Source: an uncultured Bacteroidales bacterium | GTDB lineage: Bacteria; Bacteroidota; Bacteroidia; Bacteroidales; UBA10428 | Direction of reading: 5' to 3' | Length of the DNA: 64,000 bases | NCBI GenBank assembly: GCA_964461435.1 | Contig: CAYWUI010000005.1 | Coordinates: 8,316-72,315, forward strand | Part shown: piece after piece, positions 27,027 through 38,163 of the stretch | Position numbering within the stretch: position 1 is the first letter of the stretch | Layout: the number at the start of each line of letters is the position of its first letter | The notes under the pieces: model-generated | Database searches by the model: none | What the model was told of the DNA's origin: nothing | What the model saw: only the letters and a program-made list of their open reading frames with translations | Made by a program: the position numbers and the translations under genes

Positions 27027-29846
27027 ATGCCGGGAAAATCTGATAAAAATGAAGATTCCATAGTAATTTCAGGAGCGCGTGTTAATAACCTGAAGAACAT
27101 TAGTCTTGTTATTCCCCGTAACAGGCTGATAGTAATAACCGGACTCTCTGGTTCGGGAAAATCATCCCTGGCATTTGATACAATTTATGCCGAAGGCCAG
27201 CGCAGGTATGTTGAAAGTCTGTCAGCTTATGCCCGCCAGTTTCTGGGAAGGATGAATAAGCCGGAAGTTGATTTTATTAAAGGTATCCCGCCGGCAATAG
27301 CGATCGAACAGAAAGTAAATACAAGAAATCCCCGTTCAACAGTTGGCACGTCAACGGAAATATATGATTATTTAAAATTGCTTTATGCAAGAATAGGCAA
27401 AACCTTTTCTCCTGTTTCAGGTAAGGAGGTAAAGAAAGACTCGGTATCTGATGTTGTAGACTATATTACTTCTTTCAACGAAGATACGAGGATGCTTGTT
27501 CTGTCACCACTGGAACCGTGCAGTAATTTAAGCCTTGCTCAACAGATACAGGATTTAAATTACCAGGGCATAGCGCGTCTGGAAATTGACGGGAATATAA
27601 TAAAGATCAACGATATCATTGTTAGCCAAATCAACACGAATTCACAAATAAATATAGTTGTTGACCGGATAATAGTAAAACATGATGACGATTCAAAAAG
27701 CCGTTTCGCTGATTCTGTTCAAATGGCATATAAACTTAGCGAAGGTATTTGCATTATTAAAGTCCTTGATAATATGCTGGCCAAGGATAAACGTTTTTCA
27801 AATGTATTCGAATTAGACGGGATAAAGTTCAATGAACCGTCAGTACATATGTTTAGTTTTAATAATCCCGTGGGAGCATGCCCCGTATGCGAAGGTTATG
27901 GCAGGGTAATAGGTGTTGACGGGGACCTGGTTATCCCTAACAAAAGTTTGTCAGTATACGGAGATGCCATTGTTTGCTGGAAGGGTGATAAGATGCAGAG
28001 GTGGAAGCAGAGATTAATTTATAATGCCGAAAATTTTAATTTCCCCATTCATAAACCTTACTTTGAGTTGACCCAGGAACAGAAGGAGGTTCTCTGGACA
28101 GGAAATAAGTATTTTAGGGGACTTAATGCATTTTTCCGGTATCTTGAAAGAAAGAAATATAAAATTCAGTACCGGGTTATGCTTGCCAGATACAGGGGCA
28201 GGACAATCTGCCCCGAATGCCGTGGAACACGGTTGAAGAAGGAATCGGCATACGTAAAAATAAATGGAAAATCCATTCAGGAATTGGTGGTTTTACCTGT
28301 TAGCGAGCTCAAGTTATTATTTAACAGGTTAAAATTAAGTAACTATGAAAAAAAGGTAGCAGGCAGGATTATTATTGAGATTAAAAATCGCCTTGATTAT
28401 TTATGCAATGTTGGCCTGGGATATCTGACCCTGAACAGGTTATCTTCTACTCTTTCAGGAGGTGAATCACAAAGAATAAACCTGGCGACAACCCTGGGCA
28501 GCAGCCTTGTCGGGTCACTGTACATTCTTGATGAACCCAGTATAGGATTACATCCCAGGGATACTAACCTTCTTGTAAAGGTTTTGCAGAATCTAAGGAA
28601 TATCGGGAATACGGTAATAGTAGTGGAGCATGAAGAAGAAATCATCAAGGCTGCTGATGAAATTATTGATATAGGTCCGAAAGCCGGAAGGTATGGAGGT
28701 GAAATTGTATATTGCGGGTCATTAAAGGGACTGCTGCATGGTAATAACGGACTTACGGCTCAATATTTAAACAGGAAGGAAAATATACCCTTGCCGGCAT
28801 CAAGGAGAAACTGGAATAATTTAATAGAAATACAGGGAGCCAGAGAAAACAATCTTAAAAATATAAATGTAAGAATACCCCTGAATGTATTAACTGTAAT
28901 ATCAGGTGTCAGTGGCTCCGGTAAATCATCGCTGGTCAGTAATATTCTTTATCCCGCTTTAAACAGGCGAATAAACGGCTATGGAGAGAAAAGCGGAGAT
29001 TTTAATTCATTGGGTGGTGACCTTGACCTGCTGTTAAATGTAGAGTTTGTAGATCAGAATCCCATTGGCAGATCGTCAAGATCCAATCCGGTTACCTATA
29101 TAAAAGCTTATGATGAGATACGAAAACTGTTTGCAGCGCAGCAGCTATCAAAACAAAACAACTTCAAACCCGCGCATTTTTCTTTTAATGTTGACGGAGG
29201 AAGGTGCGAAGAATGCCAGGGAGAGGGGACAATAAAAGTTGAAATGCAGTTTATGGCCGATATATACCTGGTATGTGACAGCTGCAAGGGAAAACGTTTT
29301 AAAGATGAGATTCTTGATGTAAAGTATAACGGAAAGAATATTCATGATATCCTTGAACTTACAGTGAATGAAGCTATTGAATTTTTCGGGGAAAAGAAAG
29401 GTACTACAGAAACAAATATTGTAAAAAGAATAAAACCTCTTGCAGATGTGGGGTTAGGTTATATAAAGCTGGGGCAATCATCGAATACTTTAAGCGGGGG
29501 TGAAAGCCAGAGGGTCAAAATGGCTTCTTTTATTGGAAATGAAAATACCAGCAGTCCTGCATTATTTATCTTTGATGAACCGACAACAGGATTACATTTT
29601 CATGACATCAGAAAGTTGCTTGAAGCATTTAATACACTTATTGGCAGGGGTCATTCAGTTCTTGTCATAGAGCACAATATAGAAGTAATAAAATCAGCTG
29701 ACTGGATTATTGACCTGGGACCTGAGGGAGGTGAAAAGGGCGGGCATCTTGTGTTCGAGGGAAAGCCTGAAGATATTGTGAAGTGTAAAGAATCATATAC
29801 CGGCAGGTTTCTTAAAGAGAAGCTGAAAAAAGTCCCCCTGCGCTAG
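27027..29846 (+). CDS. uvrA: Excinuclease ABC subunit A
   Basis: 939 aa with two ABC modules ([10 protein letters not shown] and [10 protein letters not shown], plus LSGGE.QR twice). Zn-finger motifs are CPVCEG, CPECRG and CEECQG...CDSCKG. Confidence 0.95.
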   Translation: MPGKSDKNEDSIVISGARVNNLKNISLVIPRNRLIVITGLSGSGKSSLAFDTIYAEGQRRYVESLSAYARQFLGRMNKPEVDFIKGIPPAIAIEQKVNTRNPRSTVGTSTEIYDYLKLLYARIGKTFSPVSGKEVKKDSVSDVVDYITSFNEDTRMLVLSPLEPCSNLSLAQQIQDLNYQGIARLEIDGNIIKINDIIVSQINTNSQINIVVDRIIVKHDDDSKSRFADSVQMAYKLSEGICIIKVLDNMLAKDKRFSNVFELDGIKFNEPSVHMFSFNNPVGACPVCEGYGRVIGVDGDLVIPNKSLSVYGDAIVCWKGDKMQRWKQRLIYNAENFNFPIHKPYFELTQEQKEVLWTGNKYFRGLNAFFRYLERKKYKIQYRVMLARYRGRTICPECRGTRLKKESAYVKINGKSIQELVVLPVSELKLLFNRLKLSNYEKKVAGRIIIEIKNRLDYLCNVGLGYLTLNRLSSTLSGGESQRINLATTLGSSLVGSLYILDEPSIGLHPRDTNLLVKVLQNLRNIGNTVIVVEHEEEIIKAADEIIDIGPKAGRYGGEIVYCGSLKGLLHGNNGLTAQYLNRKENIPLPASRRNWNNLIEIQGARENNLKNINVRIPLNVLTVISGVSGSGKSSLVSNILYPALNRRINGYGEKSGDFNSLGGDLDLLLNVEFVDQNPIGRSSRSNPVTYIKAYDEIRKLFAAQQLSKQNNFKPAHFSFNVDGGRCEECQGEGTIKVEMQFMADIYLVCDSCKGKRFKDEILDVKYNGKNIHDILELTVNEAIEFFGEKKGTTETNIVKRIKPLADVGLGYIKLGQSSNTLSGGESQRVKMASFIGNENTSSPALFIFDEPTTGLHFHDIRKLLEAFNTLIGRGHSVLVIEHNIEVIKSADWIIDLGPEGGEKGGHLVFEGKPEDIVKCKESYTGRFLKEKLKKVPLR

Positions 29847-29863
29847 AGCTTCGGAGGATGGGT

Positions 29864-30649
29864 CTATTCTTTAAAGACAGATCCGAATACTTTTTTAATA
29901 ATATCAACTGCCCATTTAAAAGGATCTTTCCTTATTTTCTTCTCTTCTTCACCAACTTTGTTAAACAGTCCGTCCAATGCTTTTTCTGTGCAGTATACGC
30001 CAATATCGGTAGTGACAGGAGTCAGACCCAGACGTTGCCCTGCCAGGCTACTGGCAACAGTATTATATGCACCGGTAAGGTCTTCCCAAGCATCATAGGG
30101 AGAATAGTTTATGTCCAGCAAGTCTTTCTGAAGGGCATTGTTGATTTTTGGAGAATACAGGTTTGTGAGTGCGTCATAGGTCGTCACCTTAAAATATCCG
30201 GTGGCTGCCGTGGAATCGAATCCTTCCGCACTTTTTCCCGTACTGGCGGGATTTGTCCCGTTAAGTATATCCCATGCATCGGATAAAGTCATATCCGTTA
30301 TTGCGTCCTTAAAAATAGGGGCTGCCTCGCTTGCAGCATCTTCTGCAGCACGATTTATACCCTTCACAACATCCTCAACAAGATCAGCTCCCACAGAGAT
30401 TAAACCAAGATTGTCCACAATAATATCTGCTTCAGGAGGCAATGGAATTTTATATAACGAATTGCCATAATAACCATTCATGAGTCCTAATGTTGAAGTT
30501 GCCGTATCAGTCCCTATCTCAAGAGCTTTTTTAAGTCCTTCCACAACCTCTTCGGTCGTCAATCCCTCTTCATCGCTATTAAACAGTTCTTCACAGGAAG
30601 TAAAGAAGAAGGATCCCAATATTAATATTATAGAAACATACCGTGCCAT
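29864..30649 (-). CDS. DUF4197-family lipoprotein
   Basis: 261 aa with the lipobox FFTSC. LTTEEVVEGLKKALEIG...IPLP...INRAAEDAA...FKDAI..M...DA..IL matches the remembered DUF4197 pattern. Confidence 0.65.
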   Translation of the reverse strand: MARYVSIILILGSFFFTSCEELFNSDEEGLTTEEVVEGLKKALEIGTDTATSTLGLMNGYYGNSLYKIPLPPEADIIVDNLGLISVGADLVEDVVKGINRAAEDAASEAAPIFKDAITDMTLSDAWDILNGTNPASTGKSAEGFDSTAATGYFKVTTYDALTNLYSPKINNALQKDLLDINYSPYDAWEDLTGAYNTVASSLAGQRLGLTPVTTDIGVYCTEKALDGLFNKVGEEEKKIRKDPFKWAVDIIKKVFGSVFKE

Positions 30650-30711
30650 AATGATCTGATTAAGGGTTAAAATGTTTATGTAAATTAGTACTTCATGGTT
30701 TCTCAGAAACT

Positions 30712-30737
30712 AAAAAGCCTATGTTGGAAACATAGGC
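30712..30737 (-). terminator. Rho-independent terminator after cassette copy 2
   Basis: GCCTATGTT (30717-30725) pairs with AACATAGGC (30729-30737) around a 3-nt loop, giving a 9-bp stem. On the minus strand it is followed by a U5 run (A-run 30712-30716). It lies 23 nt after the stop of 30760..31206. Confidence 0.6.
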
Positions 30738-30759
30738 CCTGTATTAATCCTGAGATATA

Positions 30760-31206
30760 TTATTTTTCTCTAAATCCAAACATTATAGCCACACAACCGC
30801 TTGCCGGGTATTCTGATTCACCTTTCCCGACAGGTACTTTAACGGCAATCTTAAGCTGCTGGCTCGATTCGAGCCTGAAATCCCAGATCCTGGTAAGATT
30901 ATGCTGCCGGTTATCATATAAAATGTTTTTATAAGCATCGATGATTTGAAACTCAACATCAGGTAAAGCATTGGAACCACAAATTGCTATCCTGTAATCC
31001 TGTCCCGAATAAAATGTTTTATATAATTCTGCCTCTTCTCCCTCTGTTAATATTGCGGCATGATAATTACCATCATGTATATAACCGGACGTCAATTCTG
31101 TTTTGCATATTTTCTTTGCAAACCCTTTACACTGAGCAGACGCATATAAAGAAGCAGTAAATGCAAAAATTGAAACTACAAAAAGTAATCTTAATAGCTT
31201 TTTCAT
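30760..31206 (-). CDS. Small secreted 4-Cys beta-rich protein, unknown function (cassette member B2)
   Basis: 148 aa with a signal peptide ending in ASAQC. It is a paralog of 13954..14439, with the same Cys spacing and shared motifs (YRIAICG, FQIID, ILYDN, KVPVGKG, GCVAIMFGF). Confidence 0.6.
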   Translation of the reverse strand: MKKLLRLLFVVSIFAFTASLYASAQCKGFAKKICKTELTSGYIHDGNYHAAILTEGEEAELYKTFYSGQDYRIAICGSNALPDVEFQIIDAYKNILYDNRQHNLTRIWDFRLESSQQLKIAVKVPVGKGESEYPASGCVAIMFGFREK

Positions 31207-31219
31207 AATAATTTTATAT

Positions 31220-32161
31220 TTATTGTATGAAGTTGGTTCTTAATATTCTCACATTTTCCTTTAACTGATTAAATGCTTCCGGGGTAATCGTTATTTTAGA
31301 CTGGGATTTTAAAGTAGTAACATTTGTTTCATTATTGGGTTCTATTTTTATTTCGGATGTTTCGACTTTAACCTTATCAAAAGAAGTCTTCAACTCTTTC
31401 AGCTGAACCATAAGATCAACAATATCATCGTTCTCCTCCCCACTTTCATCTTTCCTGTTGTCTTCGAGCATCCTTTGAACTATATTGAATGACAATTTCT
31501 GTTCTGAAATTCTGTCGACAAGTCTGTTATTTTCTATTGGTTTATTACCTACAAGCTGGGTTGCTATGTACAAACCTTCAATCCACCCTCCGACAAGAAC
31601 AATTGCAGCGACAGATTGCCTGTCATTTTCTTTAAGAAAGGAGCTGGAATTTAAAAAAGTCTCGGATATTATATCCATAATTACGTCCCTGTTATTGAGA
31701 TTTTGTTCCAGTCTTTTTATCGTTTCATTATTAATTGCATCTGTTATATCAAGTCCTTCTGCCATTTTTTTTGCGGCTTCCATATAACTTATAGAAGTCT
31801 GGGTTTGATCAAAAAGGCTGGCGAAACTAAGATCAGTGGTATATATTCCTAAATTAAGAGCCATACTCATATTGGTTGTATATTTATCTACATTATCCAA
31901 TGAATTTAAAAGCTCTTCATCATAATCAGCGCCAGCAGATTTAATTAGCATGGCTGTTTCAAGCGGAGAGGGCAGAGAATAAAATATCTTTTTTGCTTGA
32001 TTTACGTCATCAAAAATGTCATCTTCAGTAATAAAATCTTCAAGATTTAATTCTGCTTTTTTCTGTTTAGTCTTATCAGATTTACAGCTTGTGAACAATA
32101 TTAACAGGCTACAAATAACAATATACCTTATAATGTTCAGGGGAAAATTATTACTTTGCAT
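31220..32161 (-). CDS. Lipoprotein of unknown function (cassette member A2)
   Basis: 313 aa with the lipobox LFTSCKSDK. It is a paralog of 14462..15361 (see that entry). It lies 13 nt upstream of B2. Confidence 0.65.
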   Translation of the reverse strand: MQSNNFPLNIIRYIVICSLLILFTSCKSDKTKQKKAELNLEDFITEDDIFDDVNQAKKIFYSLPSPLETAMLIKSAGADYDEELLNSLDNVDKYTTNMSMALNLGIYTTDLSFASLFDQTQTSISYMEAAKKMAEGLDITDAINNETIKRLEQNLNNRDVIMDIISETFLNSSSFLKENDRQSVAAIVLVGGWIEGLYIATQLVGNKPIENNRLVDRISEQKLSFNIVQRMLEDNRKDESGEENDDIVDLMVQLKELKTSFDKVKVETSEIKIEPNNETNVTTLKSQSKITITPEAFNQLKENVRILRTNFIQ

Positions 32162-32319
32162 GAGTTATGGGTTTATAAATTGTTTCTATCTATTTACTCT
32201 TAATTGTAGTAAAATTAATACTTTTTTTTTATTTTCAAAATTCGATTTCTCAGCGCTGCATAGAAATCATCACATTAAATTTTAAAAATCCATTTAGCTT
32301 AAAAATACAAGCTAAAATA

Positions 32320-33204
32320 CTAAAAATAAGCAATTTTATCGGTTAATAAAGTATGATAGTCCGGTTCCAGTCTCTTTTTCCAGCCAATCAAATACTGAGT
32401 AAATTCACCAATATTAAGTTTGCTGATATTTTTAGCATAAACATCCTGCATAATGTCGTCCGGGAAGTATTTCCCGGCAATAAGTATTTTCTTTTCATTT
32501 TTTCTGTATTGCGTCTTGCCAAGGTCTGCTGCCCCGAATAAATGCAGGATATTTTGTGCAATTATGGACGGGTATTTATAACTTACAATGGCAAATTCAA
32601 CATCATATGTATTCATCGTATTGACAGATATAGAAATGTCATTTCTGAAATAATTGTTAACCATATATAGTAAAGCCACACTTTCTACTTGCTTTGAATC
32701 TCTCAGGAATGCCACCAGCCGTTCTTTATTCCTGGGATTTTTTATTTCAGGAATACCATCCTTTTCTGTGATATCAAAAGAGCTTCCTGCTCTCCTTGCT
32801 ATATTATCGGCCCACAGGTTTAATGCTTCCATTCCTTTCCTGAGAGTAGGTTCAGAGATCGATCTTACTACACTGCCCATGGGCAGGGCTCTTTTAATTG
32901 TAGTATATTCTTCACCAATATAGTAATCTGTAATCACATTCAGTGATATGCCATTCTGGCTTGCCTGATCCTCCAGCCATCTTACTGCAACCGATATTGA
33001 ATCTATTGTGGATTTGATATCGAACTCTGTCCATGGTGATGTTTCCTTGCTGTCAACGAAAATGCAATAAACTAATACGTTGTTTTCCAAGGTTTTGCAG
33101 ACATTATTATGAATTCCCTTGCGATAATCAATTCGCTTACCGGAATATCCTGATGGTAAAATAAGCAGTATAAAAAAGAGAGCAAGTTTGATGAAGATTA
33201 CCAT
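32320..33204 (-). CDS. Hypothetical exported protein
   Basis: 294 aa with an N-terminal hydrophobic signal/anchor and no motif I can assign. It lies 158 nt upstream of cassette copy 2 on the same strand. Confidence 0.45.
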   Translation of the reverse strand: MVIFIKLALFFILLILPSGYSGKRIDYRKGIHNNVCKTLENNVLVYCIFVDSKETSPWTEFDIKSTIDSISVAVRWLEDQASQNGISLNVITDYYIGEEYTTIKRALPMGSVVRSISEPTLRKGMEALNLWADNIARRAGSSFDITEKDGIPEIKNPRNKERLVAFLRDSKQVESVALLYMVNNYFRNDISISVNTMNTYDVEFAIVSYKYPSIIAQNILHLFGAADLGKTQYRKNEKKILIAGKYFPDDIMQDVYAKNISKLNIGEFTQYLIGWKKRLEPDYHTLLTDKIAYF

Positions 33205-33322
33205 TTAGAAAATTTCTTTTTCTATTCGTGATGATACAAATTTAACAAAGTGTTTAATCAAATAAAACATTTAGTTCCTGCTTGTCCCGATAAGTTATTA
33301 ACCTTCGGTTCATAATTTTTAA

Positions 33323-33979
33323 TTATTTCTGCACCTTGTTTAACAGGTTTTTGCCTTTATACTTGCATAAATCAATCAGACCGCATTCATAACATTTTGG
33401 TTTTCTGGCCTGGCATGTATACCTGCCGTGGAGTATTAACCAGTGGTGGGCCAATGGTATGAGCTTTTCAGGGATATATTGTACAAGTTGTTTTTCAGCC
33501 TGCAGCGGGTTTTTCGCATTTATTGTCAGGCCAATTCTGGCTGCTACCCTGAAGACATGTGTATCTACTGCAAGTGTTGGTTTGTTATATATAACTGCTG
33601 CTATAACGTTAGCCGATTTCCTTCCCACACCGGGTAATTTCTGAAGCTGATTAATATCTGAAGGGACCACTCCTTTGAATTTATTGGTCAGAGTTTTAGC
33701 CATTCCTATAAGATGTTTTGTTTTATTATTAGGATAGGAACAACTTTTTATAAGCTCCAGTACCTCACGGGGGTCAGCGTCAGCCATATGCTGTGCGGTC
33801 GGGAATCTGTCAAGAAGGGCGGGGGTTATCATATTTACACGCTTATCAGTACACCGGGCAGACAGGACAACTGCCACAATCAGCTCATATGCGCTATTGT
33901 ATTTAAGTTCAGTTTCGGCAACGGGCATGTTCCTTTGAAAATAGTCCAGTATCTTTTTAAACCTTTCTTTTCTTGTCAT
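33323..33979 (-). CDS. nth: Endonuclease III (DNA-(apurinic or apyrimidinic site) lyase)
   Basis: 218 aa with the HhH-GPD motif (LPGVGRKSANV), the catalytic D (VDTHV) and a C-terminal 4Fe-4S cluster loop (C-x6-C-x2-C-x5-C: CQARKPKCYECGLIDLC). Confidence 0.9.
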   Translation of the reverse strand: MTRKERFKKILDYFQRNMPVAETELKYNSAYELIVAVVLSARCTDKRVNMITPALLDRFPTAQHMADADPREVLELIKSCSYPNNKTKHLIGMAKTLTNKFKGVVPSDINQLQKLPGVGRKSANVIAAVIYNKPTLAVDTHVFRVAARIGLTINAKNPLQAEKQLVQYIPEKLIPLAHHWLILHGRYTCQARKPKCYECGLIDLCKYKGKNLLNKVQK

Positions 33980-34039
33980 AATGAATTACAGAAACAATAA
34001 TTAATTACTTAATATATCAATATATATGAAGCGGGTTCA

Positions 34040-35998
34040 TCATTTTTTGAACTGCTCCGCCTTCATAAAAAAATCATTTGCTTTGCTTAAATTTCCCATT
34101 CTCCGGTAAGTGATTCCCAGGTTTATATATATTGTATAGTCATCAGGATCCAAAGCAATTGCTTTTTCAAGCCAGCTTATTGATTCGTTAAACTGTCCGG
34201 ATATACCATAGGCAACACCGATGTCCTTGCATAATTCTTTACTGTCAGGATTTATTTTAGCAGCCGCCTCAAGGTAAGTAAGTGCTTTTGAAATGTTGTT
34301 TTTATATTTTCCATACAAATTTCCAAGGTTGTAATTTATATCGTAGCGTGCAGGATTTATTTCAAGTATTCCCTCATATAATGCAATTTTATGATCAATA
34401 TTGTCACAGCTGCTCAATATTGAATTAATATTATTATATGTTGCCTCATCAAGCGGATTTCTTTTCAGTACCTGCCTGTAATAATAAATTGACCTGTCAA
34501 TATCTTTATTAAGTTCGTAATGGGCATTGCCAAGCAGCCTGTATGCATCGACATAATCAGGATGTATTTTGATAGCTTTGTTAAGATACATAATTGAAAG
34601 TGACAGATAATTATGCCTGGCCTCATCATCTTTCATATTCCGGGCTTTTTCCCATAGTATTCCTCCAGCTGTGCAGTTGCTTTTTGCACTGTTTGAGGAT
34701 GTTTTAACATCGGTGGTAAAAAGGGTCAAATCATTTTTCCATGCCTTATTTCTGCTGATTGTCTTGCCGGAATAAAAGATTATGAGCGGAATAAGTATAA
34801 TTGATATTACTACCGGATAGACCTTATTGCCAGGGATAAGTGATAATTTATCCGTTAAATAATAAGCTCCAACAAAACAAAATCCCAAAGAAGAAAAATA
34901 GATGAATCTCTCATTCATAAAGGTCCCGACATTGAATATTATGTTGGACACCAGAATGAGCGGTAACAAATAAAGTAATATACCATAGGATAATTTACTC
35001 TTTGATCTGATTCCGGCTATTGCAGTAATTAAGATTAACAGGTGCATAATTATTGATAATACGACCAGCGGGTTATTGAACTGACAGAGCTTAATATGGT
35101 ACGGATAATAGTCAAAAGTCAGGGGATGTGGAATGAACATTAATCTTATGTAGTTCAAAAGAGTAAAGAATATTGTTGCATATTTCTGTGATGATGATGC
35201 ATGGAGGAAGGGATTATTCATCAGTTCGCCCGATACTTCCGAATTAAATCCCCCAAGGACTGTTGTCCTTATAACCAGGAAAATTGCAGCAGAAATTAAC
35301 AGTGGTATTGTGATTATTGCTGTTCTTTTAAGCGAGGTCTCAGTGAAATACCAGACAGTGACGGGGATAAGTAAAACGAATATTATCGAGTTTTCTTTTG
35401 ACAGAAGTGCCATGAAAAAGGAAATGCTGCTTATAACGAGGTATATAAAATTTCCTGAGTTTATATAGCTTATAGCAAATGACAGGACTCCCAGAGATAA
35501 AAGCAACGCCAGTATTTCGTCCCTGCCTTTAATATTTGCTACAACTTCGGTGTGTACCGGATGAAAAATAAAAAGTAAAGCACATAAAAAGGGCAGGCTA
35601 AGAAAGTTATTTTTATTATTGCCGGGATCATACAACCTGGAAAATATTCCGAGGATTAAGATACCGGTTAATGCGTAAAGAATAACATTAATTATATGGC
35701 TTGTTTCGGGTTTTTCTCCAAAAAGCTCATATTCAAGGGCATATGTTGCTATTGAAAGCGGACGGTACCTGCCGCCCGGCACCAGCTCTTTTTTTTCTTT
35801 AAAGAAACCTGTGAAGGAATCGGTTGTAAAAATGTCTTTTATACCGTCGATACCATTCTTCGTATATATATTTTCAGTAATTACTATAGCATCATCCAGT
35901 GCATAATTGTGATTAAAAGTATTTGCATACAATAAAACCGCCGATACAAATACTAACAGGATTCGCGCTGACTTATAATATTTTGAAATTCCAGCCAT
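34040..35998 (-). CDS. TMTC-like membrane protein (PMT_2/DUF1736-type glycosyltransferase N-terminus plus C-terminal TPR repeats)
   Basis: 652 aa with ~10 TM helices carrying an early DDA motif. The C-terminal ~230 aa contain several TPR units (YRLLGNAHYEL, NLGNLYGKY, DIGVAYGISG, NLGITYRRMG). Confidence 0.7.
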   Translation of the reverse strand: MAGISKYYKSARILLVFVSAVLLYANTFNHNYALDDAIVITENIYTKNGIDGIKDIFTTDSFTGFFKEKKELVPGGRYRPLSIATYALEYELFGEKPETSHIINVILYALTGILILGIFSRLYDPGNNKNNFLSLPFLCALLFIFHPVHTEVVANIKGRDEILALLLSLGVLSFAISYINSGNFIYLVISSISFFMALLSKENSIIFVLLIPVTVWYFTETSLKRTAIITIPLLISAAIFLVIRTTVLGGFNSEVSGELMNNPFLHASSSQKYATIFFTLLNYIRLMFIPHPLTFDYYPYHIKLCQFNNPLVVLSIIMHLLILITAIAGIRSKSKLSYGILLYLLPLILVSNIIFNVGTFMNERFIYFSSLGFCFVGAYYLTDKLSLIPGNKVYPVVISIILIPLIIFYSGKTISRNKAWKNDLTLFTTDVKTSSNSAKSNCTAGGILWEKARNMKDDEARHNYLSLSIMYLNKAIKIHPDYVDAYRLLGNAHYELNKDIDRSIYYYRQVLKRNPLDEATYNNINSILSSCDNIDHKIALYEGILEINPARYDINYNLGNLYGKYKNNISKALTYLEAAAKINPDSKELCKDIGVAYGISGQFNESISWLEKAIALDPDDYTIYINLGITYRRMGNLSKANDFFMKAEQFKK

Positions 35999-36181
35999 AT
36001 ATAAAAATAAAGTCTGATAATATTATAATTTAGCAATTCATTGTTTTCAAATTTAATACTTCGCAAATAAATAAGGATAATTTTAACATCAAATCTGAAC
36101 AGGAACAATTAAGTCCGATCCCTGGTTAATATTTAACCAGTTTTTCTTATTTTCACCTTTTCAATTAAATATTAATGACAA

Positions 36182-36613
36182 ATGGCAGACACACAGACTT
36201 TAGCAATAATTAAGCCCGATGCAGTTGCGAATGAATTTATAGGTCCGATTCTGGAGAAAATAAATAATGCCGGGTTCCATATTGCTGCAATCAAATTAAT
36301 AAAACTGGATGAAATTCAGGCGGGGAACTTCTATTCAGTCCACAGGGAAAAGCCTTTTTATAGCAGTCTGGTTAAGTTTATGATTTCAGGTCCGGTAGTG
36401 GTTGCCATACTCGAAAAAGAAAATGCGGTCGAAGATTTTCGCAAATTAATCGGGGCGACTGATCCTGAAAAAGCTGAAAAGGGGACCCTAAGAAAGTTAT
36501 ATGCCCGGTCTGTTGAAAGAAATGCAATTCATGGCTCAGACAGTCCGGAAAATGCTAAAATTGAATGTGATTTCTTTTTCTCTCTGTTCGAGAGATTTTC
36601 AAAATATGAATAG
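36182..36613 (+). CDS. ndk: Nucleoside-diphosphate kinase
   Basis: 143 aa with LAIIKPDAV, the active-site NAIHGSDS and typical length. Confidence 0.95.
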   Translation: MADTQTLAIIKPDAVANEFIGPILEKINNAGFHIAAIKLIKLDEIQAGNFYSVHREKPFYSSLVKFMISGPVVVAILEKENAVEDFRKLIGATDPEKAEKGTLRKLYARSVERNAIHGSDSPENAKIECDFFFSLFERFSKYE

Positions 36614-36636
36614 TTGAGGATTATTTTTAATAAGTT

Positions 36637-36942
36637 CTATTTAATCACGATTTTTTCAATTATTATTTCCCCTGCATATTTATTTAAAGCGTCTGCGATC
36701 TGCTGTCTCATCATCATAATTTCATTTTTCACCACCGAGGAATTAAAAGATACAAAAAGTGTTTTATTCTTTATATAAATTGAGGTTGTCCTTTTAGCCA
36801 CAGCTTTACCCATAAGCTCTTCCCAGTGATTTATAACCCTGGACTTATTTAGTTTATGTTTTAGTCCGGAATTTTGCAGAAATTCATCTATTATTTCACT
36901 TATTTTCCTGGTGTTGCTTTTTCTCATTGTTAACAATTTCAT
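36637..36942 (-). CDS. DUF721-family protein
   Basis: ~100 aa ORF immediately downstream of and overlapping recF, which is the usual DUF721 position. Pattern: W..L.G...A..T....I....L.V...SS....E. The start may instead be the internal ATG at 36927. Confidence 0.65.
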   Translation of the reverse strand: MKLLTMRKSNTRKISEIIDEFLQNSGLKHKLNKSRVINHWEELMGKAVAKRTTSIYIKNKTLFVSFNSSVVKNEIMMMRQQIADALNKYAGEIIIEKIVIK

Positions 36943-38035
36943 TGATTATACCGTCATCAATAAGGAATAACTTATAACCTTCAGGGATATCTTTTAAGAC
37001 TGACTTCATTCTTTCTTCACTTGTATGTGAAATAAATATCTGTCCGAAATTTTCATCTGAAACAAGTTTTATTATTTGCTTCACTCTTGATTCATCAAAT
37101 TTATCAAAAACATCATCAAGGAGAAGTATGGGCCTGATATTGTTTATTCCTTTGATAAAATCAAATTTTGCAAGCTTAAGGGCAACAAGATAAGTTTTTT
37201 GCTGTCCCTGCGAACCGTTCTTTTTAATATTAATTCCCTGCAAATTAAGGATCAGATCGTCTCTATGTACTCCGGTTGTAGTATACTGGAGTATTCTATC
37301 CTTTTCTTTCGATTTTTTTAGCTGGCTGGCAAAAGCGCCTTCAGCCAATTGTGACCTGTAAATTAGCTCAACTTTTTCCTGTCCCAGGGAAATGAAATCA
37401 TAATATTTTTGAAAAATGGGTACCAGCTTTTCGGCGAAGTCCACACGTTTCTTATAAATTCTCTCGGCAACCGGTATCAGCTGTTCATCATAAATTACAA
37501 GTGTGTCTTCATAGGAGTTACAAGATGCTGCAATATCCTTCAGCACTTTGTTTCTCTGAGATATAAGCCTGTTATATTTTATAAGATCATTCAGGTAGTT
37601 TTTATCATACTGAACAATAACTCCGTTAATGAATCTTCTTCTTTCTTCACTGCCTCCAAGTATAAGGTTTGAATCAGCAGGCGAGATCATAACAACTGGC
37701 AAGAGGCCTATATGATCTGAATGCCTGGAGTACTCTTTTTTATTTCTTTTAAATACTTTCCTTTTGCTTCTTTGTATGGCGCAATAAATTTCCTCCTTTT
37801 TGCCGTTCAGTATAAAATCACCCTGAATAACTGATAATTCTTCATTATACCTGATGTTCTGAGTGTCAATAACATTAAAGTAGCTCTTGCACAGACATAA
37901 ATAATGAACGGCATCAAATATATTTGTTTTACCTACACCGTTTTTCCCGACAAAGCAATTTAACCTTGAGGAAAGTTCCATATCGGCCTGGGGATAGTTT
38001 TTAAAATTTACCAGAGAAAGCTTTTTAAGAAACAT
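36896..38035 (-). CDS. recF: DNA replication and repair protein RecF
   Basis: 379 aa with Walker A GKNGVGKTN, an SMC-like signature (SQGQQKT) and Walker B (LLLDDVFDKFD). Confidence 0.9.
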   Translation of the reverse strand: MFLKKLSLVNFKNYPQADMELSSRLNCFVGKNGVGKTNIFDAVHYLCLCKSYFNVIDTQNIRYNEELSVIQGDFILNGKKEEIYCAIQRSKRKVFKRNKKEYSRHSDHIGLLPVVMISPADSNLILGGSEERRRFINGVIVQYDKNYLNDLIKYNRLISQRNKVLKDIAASCNSYEDTLVIYDEQLIPVAERIYKKRVDFAEKLVPIFQKYYDFISLGQEKVELIYRSQLAEGAFASQLKKSKEKDRILQYTTTGVHRDDLILNLQGINIKKNGSQGQQKTYLVALKLAKFDFIKGINNIRPILLLDDVFDKFDESRVKQIIKLVSDENFGQIFISHTSEERMKSVLKDIPEGYKLFLIDDGIINEIVNNEKKQHQENK

Positions 38036-38124
38036 CAGGAAATAATTGTTGATTATATATTCATTATCAAAAATAGTTTTTAATTTTTTACAAGCTTTAA
38101 TTTCATTAAATATTTTAAAAAAAT

Positions 38125-38132
38125 TACATTTG
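38125..38132 (+). promoter_or_regulatory. Candidate -7 promoter box TACATTTG for the TPR-ribH unit
   Basis: Matches TAnnTTTG, 32 nt upstream of the ATG at 38164. Confidence 0.35.
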
Positions 38133-38163
38133 CGTTCTGATTTGAATTAAATAACACATAATA

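Noticed and set aside
32320-33204. LHLFGAADL in the 294-aa exported protein resembled a degenerate metalloprotease HExxH-like motif.
   Set aside because: No HExxH is present (the sequence is AQNILH) and there is no other supporting motif. I left it as hypothetical.
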